From an uncultured SAR86 cluster bacterium (lineage in GTDB: Bacteria > Pseudomonadota > Gammaproteobacteria > Magnimaribacterales > D2472), in NCBI GenBank assembly GCA_964276145.1, contig CAXYDN010000007.1, forward strand, positions 74,411-138,410: DNA of 64,000 nucleotides, given 5' to 3'. Shown here piece after piece: positions 27,901 through 37,838 of this stretch; positions within the stretch are counted from its first letter, which is position 1; each line of letters opens with the position of its first letter. Made by a program: the position numbers and the translations under genes. Below the pieces are notes generated by a model. That model saw nothing but the letters and a program-made list of their open reading frames with translations. It was not told where the DNA came from and made no database searches.

Positions 27901-28208
27901 CTGGCATCATTAATTGCTTTCTGTAAATCACCAGACTCATGCATTTGGGCAACAATGTCTGCACCGCCAATTAACTCACCTTTAATAAATACTTGAGGAA
28001 ATGTTGGCCAATCCGATACAGAGGGTAAAGTTGCTCTAACATCATTATTTTCTATAACATCAACATATGAAAATTTTGCATCACATTCTATCAATGCTTG
28101 AACTGTTTTAGCAGAAAAACCACATTGAGGCTCATAAGGAGTTCCTTTCATATAAATCAAAATATCGTTTTCTTTAATCTGTTGTTTCAATTTCTCTTCG
28201 ATTGTCAT
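27897..28208 (-). CDS. grxD: monothiol glutaredoxin (Grx4 family)
   Basis: The CGFS active site within P.CGFS, and WPT.PQ..I.GE.IGG.DI. Confidence 0.9.
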   Translation of the reverse strand: MTIEEKLKQQIKENDILIYMKGTPYEPQCGFSAKTVQALIECDAKFSYVDVIENNDVRATLPSVSDWPTFPQVFIKGELIGGADIVAQMHESGDLQKAINDAS

Positions 28209-28210
28209 GT

Positions 28211-28975
28211 TTATCCCTTAATAACTTCTATATACCTCTTTATAGTGTCTTCAAAGCCATAATTCAAGGCATCAACTACAATTGCATGACCAATTGATAC
28301 TTCATTTACACCACCAATTTTTGCCAAATGAGGTAAATTAATTAAATTCAAATCATGCCCTGCATTAACTAAAAGATTTTTATCTTTTGCTTTATAAATT
28401 AACTCTTTTAAATGATCGTTAATTGCAAAATCGTGATTATCAATTTGTTTTGAAAATTCGCCTGTATGAATCTCAATTGTATTAGCCTTAACTTTTAGAG
28501 CGTAATCTATAGAATCTAAATTTGTGTTTTGATTTTTTAAATTATCTACAAAAAGACTAATAGATGTTTTTTTGCAGAGAATATTTATATTAGCTATAAC
28601 ATTAATCAAACCATCATCATGATCACCACTTTCCCAACCATGATCTGAGGTAATCTGATTTGGCAGATCTGGAACTAGAGTTGCTTGGTCTGGTTGACAA
28701 ATATCTACTAAATTAACATAACCCTTGAAAGGCTCTGAAGGCTCTGAGAATGGATTACCCTCAATATTAAACTCCACATCTCTATCTTTACAAATTCTAC
28801 CCAAAGAAATTACATCATTGCTTGTTGCATGCCTGTGGTCTGGCCTGGGATGTAAAGTAAGACCATCAACACCTAAGTCAATTGCTTTGTGTGCATAGTC
28901 CTCTAATGAAGGATTATTTTCTCCCCTGGCATTTCTTAGTAAGGCTATTTTATTAAGATTAAGGCTAAATTTCAT
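28211..28975 (-). CDS. pdxJ: pyridoxine 5'-phosphate synthase
   Basis: LNLNKIALLRNARG, HPRPD.RH, EGNP, HTG and NAGH motifs. The start is set at the ATG at 28975 (MKFSLNLNK), which removes the overlap with the upstream gene. Confidence 0.85.
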   Translation of the reverse strand: MKFSLNLNKIALLRNARGENNPSLEDYAHKAIDLGVDGLTLHPRPDHRHATSNDVISLGRICKDRDVEFNIEGNPFSEPSEPFKGYVNLVDICQPDQATLVPDLPNQITSDHGWESGDHDDGLINVIANINILCKKTSISLFVDNLKNQNTNLDSIDYALKVKANTIEIHTGEFSKQIDNHDFAINDHLKELIYKAKDKNLLVNAGHDLNLINLPHLAKIGGVNEVSIGHAIVVDALNYGFEDTIKRYIEVIKG

Positions 28976-29003
28976 ACAATGATTATAAATTATAAGTAAA
29001 TGA

Positions 29004-29765
29004 CTAACGGTATAAATCGTCTTCTTTTTTGACAATTAAATCGAATGCATCATTTTTTGAATATTGTGTTCTATCAAAACCCCTAATAATGACTATTGGT
29101 ATGCCGTCACTGCCTTGACCCATTAATAGACCTGCTGCAGCAGCTAGCTCATCAGCAATAGCAATCTCAGTTGCTTGAAGGATATTTCCATATATATCTT
29201 TTTCACCCTTTAGATCTATAAGACTTTGAATATTTGCACTGGCTAATGCAAAATTAGTAACTCCAGATCTATATGGCCTAGTCATAGAGTCTGTAATAAT
29301 TACAGAAATATTTTTATTAGTCTTTGATGATATATCTTCATAAATTTTTTGTGAGCTTAACGATGGATCTTCTGGAAGCAAAAGAACTAAATTTTTATTT
29401 TCTGGAATATTAGAACGATCAATACCGGCATTAATATTTATAAATCCAAGTTTATGCTCAACAATAATTACATTTTTTTCTGTACTAATAATTTCATTAG
29501 ATTCATTTAATATTAATTCAATAAATGCTGGTTCTCTGTTTAAACTTTTTCCCAAATCAAAAGCCTTTTGAGATGGTTTGATTTCTAATAAATTTTCATA
29601 CCTACCTTCAGACTTTGAAACCACTTTTTGAGCAATTGCTATAATATCTCCATCCTGTAATTTAAATTGATTATGTTTACAGGATTCTAAAATAATTGAA
29701 CTTAAGTTATCTCCTGGCTGAATAAGAGGAAATTCGTTTAGTGCTTGTAAGCTAAGATTATCCAT
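29004..29765 (-). CDS. CofE-like protein (F420-0:gamma-glutamyl ligase family fold)
   Basis: GDIIAIAQKVVSKSEGR, GFININAGIDRSN, ITDS..R..R.G, DELAAAAGLLMG and IPIVIIRG match the CofE/FbiB-N family pattern. Confidence 0.7.
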   Translation of the reverse strand: MDNLSLQALNEFPLIQPGDNLSSIILESCKHNQFKLQDGDIIAIAQKVVSKSEGRYENLLEIKPSQKAFDLGKSLNREPAFIELILNESNEIISTEKNVIIVEHKLGFININAGIDRSNIPENKNLVLLLPEDPSLSSQKIYEDISSKTNKNISVIITDSMTRPYRSGVTNFALASANIQSLIDLKGEKDIYGNILQATEIAIADELAAAAGLLMGQGSDGIPIVIIRGFDRTQYSKNDAFDLIVKKEDDLYR

Positions 29766-29841
29766 TGATTAATTGGGTTGCTTATGTGCGATAACAATAA
29801 CATATATAATCTAAATAAATCCTAATGTATACTTCAAAAAT

Positions 29842-30012
29842 ATGACAATTTTAGATCAAAAATTACTAGATATTTTAGTATGTCCTGTTTCAAAAAAACC
29901 TCTTGAGTATGATAAAGAGGCTAATGAACTGATTTCAACTGAAGCTGGTCTTGCTTATCCCGTCAAAGATGGAATACCTGTAATGCTTCCAGAAGAAGCT
30001 CGCAAACTTTAA
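29842..30012 (+). CDS. ycaR: Trm112/YcaR-family small protein (56 aa; below the ORF-track size cut-off)
   Basis: My own translation is [56 protein letters not shown]. It is collinear with E. coli YcaR (LLEIIACPVC...LAFPLRDGIPVLLETEAR). Confidence 0.7.
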   Translation: MTILDQKLLDILVCPVSKKPLEYDKEANELISTEAGLAYPVKDGIPVMLPEEARKL

Positions 30013-30017
30013 AAAAA

Positions 30018-30094
30018 GCGCCCGTAGCTCAGCTGGATAGAGTACTTGGCTACGAACCAAGGGGTCGGGAGTTCGAATCTCTCCGGGCGCGCCA
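30018..30094 (+). tRNA. tRNA-Arg (anticodon ACG), CCA encoded
   Basis: Manual cloverleaf: acceptor GCGCCCG/CGGGCGC, anticodon stem CTTGG/CCAAG, loop CT-ACG-AA, T-loop TTCGAAT. It starts 5 nt after the ycaR-like stop. Confidence 0.9.
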
Positions 30095-30100
30095 TTCTCT

Positions 30101-31966
30101 TTAAGATAAAGATTCTAATTGTGTTACTTTATCCATCCATTGTTGATCAGCAAGCTCAACCTCATTAGATAACTCTAATTGATTTCTAATCAAGTCCTGT
30201 AAATTATCTGCTGAGTCATCTTTATATAAATTAGGATCAGCAAGCTTTAAGTTTGCCTCTTCTAATTTAGCATTCAGTCTTAGTAATCTTTTTTCTAATT
30301 TAGATATATCTGTGCTTAAGGACTTAAGTAATTTGGTATTATCATCTCTATCTTCTTTTGAAGTTTTAGATTTTTTCTTTGTTTCTTTTATACCAGTTGA
30401 TTTAATATCTAAAATATAATTTTTGTAATCATCTAGATCGCCATTAAATAGATCTACCCCACCATTATCAACTAAATAAAAATGATCAACCGAGCTGTTT
30501 AACAGATGCCTGTCGTGAGATATAAGCAAGATAGCACCCTTGAAGGCCTGAAGTGCAATTGTTAAAGCATGCCTCATCTCCATATCTAAATGGTTTGTTG
30601 GCTCATCCATTAGTAGAATATTAGGTTTTTGATAAGAAATAATTGCAAAAGCTAGTCTGGCCTTTTCTCCTCCAGAAAAAAGATGAATAGGATCTTTAAC
30701 CTTATCTCCTTTAAAATTAAAGCCACCGAGATATGTTCTGATCTGTTTCTCTGTTTTTGTTTCATCAAGTCTTTGAATGTGAGTAAATGCTGATATTGAT
30801 AAATCTAAATCATCGACCTGGTGTTGTGAAAAATAACCAACCCTAAAATTAGATCCAATTTCTCTATCACCATCTAAAACAGGGATACTGCCTACAATGC
30901 TTTTTATTAAAGTAGATTTACCAGCTCCATTAGGTCCCAATAAACCAATCCTATCTCCAGGAGCAATTGTTAGATTAATCTTTGAGAGTATTGGATTATC
31001 ATAACCAAGATTACTTTCAGATAATGAAATTAAAGGATTTGAAATTTTTTCTGTTTCAGAAATAGTAAAATTAAATGGCGAATCAATATGAGCAGGAGCA
31101 ATTAACTCCATTTTTTCTAGTGCTTTAACTCTACTTTGTGCTTGTCTTGCTTTTGTAGCCTTAGCTTTAAACCTATTAATAAAACTTTGCATATGAGCAA
31201 CTTCTTTTTGCTGTTTTATAAAATTACTTTGAATCTCTGCTAGCTTTGCAGCTCTTAAAATCTCAAATTGAGTGAAATTACCAGAATATAGTTCTATTGA
31301 TTGACGATATAAATGAGCTATTGATGATACGCAATCATCTAAAAAATCTCTATCGTGTGAAATTAATATTAATGCGCCTGGAAATGATTTAATCCAATTA
31401 GACAACCAAAGAATTGCATCTAAATCTAAATGGTTTGTTGGCTCATCAAGCAACATAAGATCAGAAGGTTGCATCAACGTCTTAGCTAAATTAAGTCTTA
31501 CCCTCCAACCACCTGAGAAGTCTTTTAAAGATTTGCTAAAGTCTTCAGACTTGAACCCCAAACCAGCCATTAATTGTTCTGCTTTTGATTTTGCAGAATA
31601 ACCATCTAAGGCACTATAAGTCTCATAAAGCTCTGCGAGAAGTTCAAATTTTTCTTCTTTTTCAGCCAATTCAATTTCATGTTGAATCTCAATTAATCTG
31701 TAATCACCTGACAACACATATTGAAGTGCAATTTCATCTGATGCTGGTACCTCTTGAGCAAGATAGGATATTCTTAGATCATTTGGAAAACTGACAGTAC
31801 TTTGATCAACCTCAATCTCTTTTTTTATAACTTTAAATAGACTAGTTTTACCAGTTCCATTTGCCCCAACAAGACCAACTTTCTGATGATGATGAATGGT
31901 TAATGAAACATCATCAAATAATGTTTTACCGCCAAGAACTAGTTCTAAATTATTAAATGAAAGCAT
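30101..31966 (-). CDS. yheS: ABC-F family ATPase (YheS-like, two ABC domains plus C-terminal coiled coil)
   Basis: Two Walker A motifs (GANGTGKTS, GPNGAGKST), two LSGG signatures (FSGGWRVR, FSGGEKAR) and no transmembrane domain. Confidence 0.85.
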   Translation of the reverse strand: MLSFNNLELVLGGKTLFDDVSLTIHHHQKVGLVGANGTGKTSLFKVIKKEIEVDQSTVSFPNDLRISYLAQEVPASDEIALQYVLSGDYRLIEIQHEIELAEKEEKFELLAELYETYSALDGYSAKSKAEQLMAGLGFKSEDFSKSLKDFSGGWRVRLNLAKTLMQPSDLMLLDEPTNHLDLDAILWLSNWIKSFPGALILISHDRDFLDDCVSSIAHLYRQSIELYSGNFTQFEILRAAKLAEIQSNFIKQQKEVAHMQSFINRFKAKATKARQAQSRVKALEKMELIAPAHIDSPFNFTISETEKISNPLISLSESNLGYDNPILSKINLTIAPGDRIGLLGPNGAGKSTLIKSIVGSIPVLDGDREIGSNFRVGYFSQHQVDDLDLSISAFTHIQRLDETKTEKQIRTYLGGFNFKGDKVKDPIHLFSGGEKARLAFAIISYQKPNILLMDEPTNHLDMEMRHALTIALQAFKGAILLISHDRHLLNSSVDHFYLVDNGGVDLFNGDLDDYKNYILDIKSTGIKETKKKSKTSKEDRDDNTKLLKSLSTDISKLEKRLLRLNAKLEEANLKLADPNLYKDDSADNLQDLIRNQLELSNEVELADQQWMDKVTQLESLS

Positions 31967-32012
31967 TTTGAGATCTTAAAAAATGCCAGTGTATCAGAAG
32001 ATAAACGAAGTG

Positions 32013-33242
32013 CTAGATATCATTTCCAGCAACATATGCAGAGGCCCAAGCCCATTGAAAATTAAAACCACCTAGATGACCTGTTACATCAAGAACCTCA
32101 CCAATAAAATATAGACCTTTTTGATGTTTAACTTCCATGGTTTTTGAGCTTACAAAGTCAGTATTAACTCCACCCAAAGTGACTTCAGCTGTTCTATACC
32201 CCTCTGTAGCTGCTGGTTTAAGAATCCAATTATTAAGAAGATTACCAATTTTTTCAATTTGAATATTAGACCATTCACCAATAGGTTTAGATCTAAGATC
32301 ATTCCATAAAAGTATCTCTAATTCTGTAACTAATGCCCTTGGCATTAAAGGAGCTAAGATAGATTTAAGTAATTGCTTAGGACTATTAATTTTAATTTCC
32401 TTAATAAAATCAGATGCAATTTTTTGTGGTAAAAGGTTTATTTTTACTGAATCACCAAGTCGCCAATAGTTAGATATTTGTAATATTACTGGTCCGCTTA
32501 AACCTCTGTGAGTAAATAAGATATCCTCACTGAAAGTTTTTTCATTGCAGGTTACATCTACTTCATGTGACACTCCTGATAATGATGCACAAAAATCCTT
32601 CATAGAATCACTAAACATAAATGGAACCAGTCCTGCCTGAAGTTCTGTAACTTCTAGTTTAAACTGCTTAGCAATATCATAACCAAAACCACTTCCGCCA
32701 AGGGTTGGCACTGATAGAGCTCCAGTTGCTACAATCAAGGAAGATGATCTCAGTTCAAGTGAATAGCTATCTTTTTTAGTTTCAATATTAGTGTTTAATT
32801 TATAGACTTTTTTATCTTCAAGATAATCAATTGTTGAGGTGGAAGCATGAGTTAAAATTTTAACTCTATAGCTCTCACATTCATTAACCAACATCTCAAC
32901 AATATCCTTAGCTGAATTAATACAAAAAAGTTGTCCATGCTTTCTTGTTTCATAATCAATGTCATGGCTTTGGACCATATTGATAAAATCTTCAGCTGTA
33001 TATTGAGATAAAGCTGATTTACAGAAATGGCTATTTTTAGATAAGAAATTTTTAGGAGCAGTGAATTGATTTGTGAAATTACATCTGCCACCACCAGACA
33101 TTAAAATCTTTTTTCCAACTTTGTTAGATTTTTCTAAGACTAAAACCTTTTTACCTTTTTTAGCTGCTACGATTGCAGCAAACATTCCACCAGCTCCTCC
33201 ACCCAAGATAATTACATCATAAGTCTGATTTGTTTTACCCAT
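32013..33242 (-). CDS. HI0933/YhiN-family NAD(P)/FAD-dependent flavoprotein
   Basis: GGGAGGMFAA dinucleotide motif, GGGRCNFTN, THRGLSGP, and the C-terminal GE.LDV.G..GG.N.Q.A..SG. Confidence 0.8.
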   Translation of the reverse strand: MGKTNQTYDVIILGGGAGGMFAAIVAAKKGKKVLVLEKSNKVGKKILMSGGGRCNFTNQFTAPKNFLSKNSHFCKSALSQYTAEDFINMVQSHDIDYETRKHGQLFCINSAKDIVEMLVNECESYRVKILTHASTSTIDYLEDKKVYKLNTNIETKKDSYSLELRSSSLIVATGALSVPTLGGSGFGYDIAKQFKLEVTELQAGLVPFMFSDSMKDFCASLSGVSHEVDVTCNEKTFSEDILFTHRGLSGPVILQISNYWRLGDSVKINLLPQKIASDFIKEIKINSPKQLLKSILAPLMPRALVTELEILLWNDLRSKPIGEWSNIQIEKIGNLLNNWILKPAATEGYRTAEVTLGGVNTDFVSSKTMEVKHQKGLYFIGEVLDVTGHLGGFNFQWAWASAYVAGNDI

Positions 33243-33255
33243 GTTCTTTTTTTAA

Positions 33256-34479
33256 CTACCCCTTTCTGCTTCTTTTCCTTTTTCTAAATCCAGCCTTATT
33301 ATTAAATTTCTTTTTTGGTGCTTTTTCTTTTGTTGGAACAACATGTTCAGGCTCAAATCCATCGATTTCAACTCTTTCTAGTTTCTGATTTAATAATTTT
33401 TCAATATCCCTTAAAAGTTTAAATTCATCTGCACTTACCAATGTAATTGCTTTACCTTTATCACCACCCCTACCAGTTCTTCCAATTCTATGAATATAAT
33501 CTTTGGCGACGGTAGGTACATCAAAATTTATAACTTGAGACATTTTTTTTATATCAATTCCCCTAGCAGCAACATCTGTAGCGACTAGAATTTTAATTCT
33601 GTTATTTTTAAATGCATCTAAAGCTTTCATTCTATTGTTTTGAGTCTTATTACCATGAATTGCTTTTGATTTAATATCAACTTTATCAAGTTGTTTCTGC
33701 AACCTATCAGCTCCATGCTTAGTTCTTGTAAATACTAGGGCTTGATCCCATTTTTGAGTCTCGATAAGCTCAATTAATAATTCTGCTTTTCTAGATTTAT
33801 CAACTGGATGAACATAATGCTCAATATTCTCGCCAGCCTCATTGTCATTAGTGACAGAAACCTCAATAGCTTTATCTGCCATATCCCTTGCCAATGATCT
33901 AAAGGAGTTTGAAAATGTAGCTGTAAACATTAAATTTTGTCTTCTCTCAGGAAGTAAAGCAGCTATTTTCTTTATATCGTGAATGAAACCCATATCAAGC
34001 ATTTGATCAGCCTCATCTAGAACTAAAATTTCAATATTCTTAAAATTTACAGATTTCTGATTATATAAATCTAATAATCTTCCTGGTGTAGCAACCAGGA
34101 CATCTATTCCTTTTCTTAACTTTAATTTTTGATTATGAATTCTTGCGCCGCCATATACAGCTGTTGATCTTATGCTTAAGTATTTACTGTATGTGTTAAC
34201 ACTTTCTCTTACTTGTGCTGCTAGTTCTCTTGTTGGTGTTACTATCAAAGCCCTTAGTTGATGACCTTTATAGTTATTTTTTGGATTAGAAAGAATACTA
34301 AGGATTGGCAGAACAAATGCAGCTGTTTTACCTGTACCTGTTTGAGCAGCAGCCATGATATCACTCTTATTTAAAATCGCTGGAATAACTTCTGCCTGAA
34401 TTGGTGTCGGTTCTTTGTAGTTTTGATCTTTTAATGATCTTAGAATTGGGTCTGATAAATTCAGATCATTAAATTTCAT
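33256..34479 (-). CDS. rhlE: ATP-dependent DEAD-box RNA helicase (RhlE-like) with basic tail
   Basis: Q-motif region, AQTGTGKT, PTRELA, DEAD, TAT (SAT-type motif III), HRIGRTGR. Confidence 0.85.
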   Translation of the reverse strand: MKFNDLNLSDPILRSLKDQNYKEPTPIQAEVIPAILNKSDIMAAAQTGTGKTAAFVLPILSILSNPKNNYKGHQLRALIVTPTRELAAQVRESVNTYSKYLSIRSTAVYGGARIHNQKLKLRKGIDVLVATPGRLLDLYNQKSVNFKNIEILVLDEADQMLDMGFIHDIKKIAALLPERRQNLMFTATFSNSFRSLARDMADKAIEVSVTNDNEAGENIEHYVHPVDKSRKAELLIELIETQKWDQALVFTRTKHGADRLQKQLDKVDIKSKAIHGNKTQNNRMKALDAFKNNRIKILVATDVAARGIDIKKMSQVINFDVPTVAKDYIHRIGRTGRGGDKGKAITLVSADEFKLLRDIEKLLNQKLERVEIDGFEPEHVVPTKEKAPKKKFNNKAGFRKRKRSRKG

Positions 34480-34545
34480 TTAATCCTTTGTTATAGTTTG
34501 GGCGAAGATTACAGACAAGAATGACTATGGTCAATGCTTATTTAG

Positions 34546-34935
34546 CTATACAGAATGTAGTTTTTGCTCTGGAATAGAGTTTTTAATATCAGTAATATTA
34601 TTATCTATATCAAAATATACTAGTGTTGGCTGATGGCTAGCTGCTTCTGCCTGATTAAACTCACCATAAGTACAAATAATAACTATATCGTTTAAAGACA
34701 CTTTGTGCGCTGCAGCTCCATTTACTGACAGGGTCTTAGAACCACTTTCTGCGAGAATAAGATAGGTAGAAAACCTTTCTCCATTAGTAACATTATAAAC
34801 ATCAACCCTTTCATACTCTTGCATGCCGGCTGCATCTAGAAAGTCTTGATCAACAGCGCAAGAGCCCTCGTAGTCAAGTTCGACTTGAGTAACATTAATT
34901 CTATGAAGCTTTGATTTTAGTAATGTTTTTAGCAT
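34546..34935 (-). CDS. panD: aspartate 1-decarboxylase
   Basis: MLKSKLHR..VT...L.YEGSC self-processing Gly-Ser site region; 129 aa. Confidence 0.9.
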   Translation of the reverse strand: MLKTLLKSKLHRINVTQVELDYEGSCAVDQDFLDAAGMQEYERVDVYNVTNGERFSTYLILAESGSKTLSVNGAAAHKVSLNDIVIICTYGEFNQAEAASHQPTLVYFDIDNNITDIKNSIPEQKLHSV

Positions 34936-34982
34936 AACGATGGGAAGTATAAGTAATTCCTTTGATTTTTTAAAGTTATTGG

Positions 34983-35792
34983 TTATGTAATTATTATGTT
35001 ATCGATGAGGCGAATACCACTAATAGAAGCTGCAATAGCTACAACCATTGGTCTTTCATTAAAATCTGAAGCTATTTCAAGAGTATTTGGGTTACAAGGA
35101 GATAGATAATCTACAGTAAAACCTTGTTGTTCTAATATTTTTTTTTGAGACTGTATAAAGTTAGAGGATATATATTTTTCATTTTTTATTGCGCATAGTG
35201 CTCTATAAAGGCTAGATGCTTTATTTCTATCATCTTGAGATAAACGAATATTTCTAGAAGATAATGCAAGTCCATCATTCTCTCTGACTGTATCAACACT
35301 AATTATGGTAATTGGAAGATTTTTTTCTTTTACATAATCAGATATAAGCAATAGCTGTTGGTAATCCTTATTACCAAAAAAAGAATAAGTTGGTTTAACT
35401 ATTTCAAAAAGTCTATTTACGATAGTTAAGACTCCATCAAAATGGCCTGGTCTATTAGCACCGCATAGAAACGAAGATTTAATTGGAGCTTTAATTTTAT
35501 TTATACCCTCTAAAATTGTTGCATCTGGGATGAAAACTGAATCACATCCATGCTCATTTAAAAGCTCAAGGTCTGAATCAAGTGTTTTTGGATAATTTAT
35601 ATAATCATCTTTATCGTTGAATTGCAGTGGATTTATAAATATGGAAACTGATATATGATTATTATAAGTTTTAGCTCTCTCTAACAATGACATATGACCT
35701 GCATGAAGGTTGCCCATTGTTGGTATAAAGGAAACTTCAGAGAGCTCTGCTCTCATATCTTTAAATTCCTGATATCCGGTTATAATTTTCAA
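34983..35792 (-). CDS. panC: pantoate-beta-alanine ligase
   Basis: PTMGNLHAGH, SIF.NP.QF and GEKD-like (GNKDYQQ) motifs. Confidence 0.9.
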   Translation of the reverse strand: MKIITGYQEFKDMRAELSEVSFIPTMGNLHAGHMSLLERAKTYNNHISVSIFINPLQFNDKDDYINYPKTLDSDLELLNEHGCDSVFIPDATILEGINKIKAPIKSSFLCGANRPGHFDGVLTIVNRLFEIVKPTYSFFGNKDYQQLLLISDYVKEKNLPITIISVDTVRENDGLALSSRNIRLSQDDRNKASSLYRALCAIKNEKYISSNFIQSQKKILEQQGFTVDYLSPCNPNTLEIASDFNERPMVVAIAASISGIRLIDNIIIT

Positions 35793-35798
35793 TAGAAA

Positions 35799-36614
35799 TT
35801 AGAAAAAAGTATGATCTTGTGATGGGAAAGAACCATCTTTTACATCTTTAACATAATTACTTAGAGCTTCTTGAATTGATGAAGCATCATCCATAAAATT
35901 CTTAACGAATTTAGGTAATTTATCTAAACATGAAATACCTAGTAAATCATGAACAACCATGACCTGACCATCAGTAGATGGACCAGCACCTATACCTATA
36001 ACAGGTATTGATAATTCAGACATGATGAGTTTGGTTAGCGTATCAGGGACGCATTCTAATAACAGCATAGAAGCACCAGCTTCCTCAAGAGACTTGGCTT
36101 CGTTTATTATTAACTCATGTTTTTCCGGATCTCTTCCTTGAACATAATTACCACCTATTCTATTTATGGCTTGAGGGGTTAACCCCATATGTGCACAAAC
36201 TGGAATACCTCTATCAGCTAACATAGTTGCCATTTTTGCAATCCATTCTCCACCTTCTATTTTGATTGAGTTAGCTCCAGCTTGCATAAGTCTCTTTGCA
36301 TTCTCAAGACCCATATCATCTGTTGCATAACTCATAAAAGGCATATCAGCCATTATGTGAGCTCCTTTATTTCCTTTTACCACACATTCCAAATGATAAA
36401 TCAGTTGTTCCATGGAGACAGGTAAGGTGCTGTCATGGCCCTGAATAACCATTCCTAAGCTATCTCCTACCAAAATCACATCAACGCCAGCATTGCATAT
36501 ATATGAGGTCAAAGTAGATTCATATGATGTTAAGCATGTGAATTTTTCTCCTTGCTCCTTCATTTTCTTTAAAGAAGATAAAGTTACTTGTTTTCTTTCT
36601 GAATGAACTGACAT
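35799..36614 (-). CDS. panB: 3-methyl-2-oxobutanoate hydroxymethyltransferase
   Basis: LVGDSLGMV, DMPF.SY, KIEGG, HMGLTPQ, LECVP. Confidence 0.9.
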   Translation of the reverse strand: MSVHSERKQVTLSSLKKMKEQGEKFTCLTSYESTLTSYICNAGVDVILVGDSLGMVIQGHDSTLPVSMEQLIYHLECVVKGNKGAHIMADMPFMSYATDDMGLENAKRLMQAGANSIKIEGGEWIAKMATMLADRGIPVCAHMGLTPQAINRIGGNYVQGRDPEKHELIINEAKSLEEAGASMLLLECVPDTLTKLIMSELSIPVIGIGAGPSTDGQVMVVHDLLGISCLDKLPKFVKNFMDDASSIQEALSNYVKDVKDGSFPSQDHTFF

Positions 36615-36616
36615 AG

Positions 36617-37816
36617 CTAGGAATTAATATTTGTTGAGATTATATTTAATATTTCACGTGCTATTCTAATTTTTTTATCTTTTTTAATAAAGATAGTTTC
36701 ACTGCCTGTAATAACATGAACTTCATTTTCATCAGAATCAAACCCTATTGATGTATCAGATACGTCATTAGAAATAATCATATTTAAATTTTTTGAATCT
36801 AACTTCTTCTTTGCGTTTGAATTAACATTGGATGTTTCAGCAGCAAACCCCACGATATATGCGGAAGAAAATTGTTCAGCAACCTCAGATAAAATATCAT
36901 GATTTTTTTCAAGATTGATCTCAAGGTTATCTAGATTTTCTTTTTTAATTTTAGTATCTGAATAATTTGAAGGCTTGTAATCTGCAACAGCTGCGCATGA
37001 TATAAAGATATCTGAAGACTTCATACAGGTATTTACAGCCTCAAGCATCTCGCTGGCTGAATTAATTTTAAATAAGTTAATAGACTTATCTGCTGCTAAT
37101 ACAACTGGTCCGCTAACTAAATTTACTATAGCGCCCTCTTGCACTGCAGCTTCTGCTAAGGCATAGCCCATTTTTCCTGAACTGTTATTTGAGATGTATC
37201 TTACTGGGTCAATTTGTTCTCTTGTAGGGCCTGCTGTAATTGTTACTGTCTTACCAGACAAGGGACCTTTATTTAAATGAGATTTAATTAGATTAATAAT
37301 TTTATCTGGCTCAACAAGCCTGCCAGGTCCTATGTCACCACAAGCCTGTTCACCTTTATCGGGGCCAATAAGATTGATACCTCTAGATAAAAGTGTTTGA
37401 TAGTTGGCTTGAGTGCCCTTATCAAGCCACATTGTCGTATTCATTGCTGGAGCAATATATATAGAAGCTTTGGATGCAAGTATCACAGCTCCCATTAAAT
37501 CATCAGCCCTGCCGTGAACAATTTTTGCCATTGATTCTGCTGTACATGGTGCTATTAAAATAATATCTGCCCATTTAGCTAATTCTATATGTCCCATTGC
37601 TGATTCAGCCTTTAGATCTAAAAGTGAATCATGTATTTCATTTCCTGATACTGCTTGTAAGGTTAATGGGGTTATAAATTCTTTAGCAGATTCAGTCATA
37701 ATTACTCTAACATCTGCACCATCTTTTTTAAAAAGACGAATAATTTCCGCTGCTTTATAAGCAGCTATACCTCCAGTCACGCATAGTAGAATATTTTTAT
37801 TTGAAAAATTGAGCAT
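36617..37816 (-). CDS. coaBC: bifunctional phosphopantothenoylcysteine decarboxylase / synthetase
   Basis: N-terminal flavoprotein domain (GGIAAYK, PAMN..M) and a C-terminal CoaB domain (ITAGPT.E.IDPVR.I.N.SSGKMG, AAVADY). Confidence 0.9.
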   Translation of the reverse strand: MLNFSNKNILLCVTGGIAAYKAAEIIRLFKKDGADVRVIMTESAKEFITPLTLQAVSGNEIHDSLLDLKAESAMGHIELAKWADIILIAPCTAESMAKIVHGRADDLMGAVILASKASIYIAPAMNTTMWLDKGTQANYQTLLSRGINLIGPDKGEQACGDIGPGRLVEPDKIINLIKSHLNKGPLSGKTVTITAGPTREQIDPVRYISNNSSGKMGYALAEAAVQEGAIVNLVSGPVVLAADKSINLFKINSASEMLEAVNTCMKSSDIFISCAAVADYKPSNYSDTKIKKENLDNLEINLEKNHDILSEVAEQFSSAYIVGFAAETSNVNSNAKKKLDSKNLNMIISNDVSDTSIGFDSDENEVHVITGSETIFIKKDKKIRIAREILNIISTNINS

Positions 37817-37838
37817 TGTCTCAGTTATTCAGTAATAG

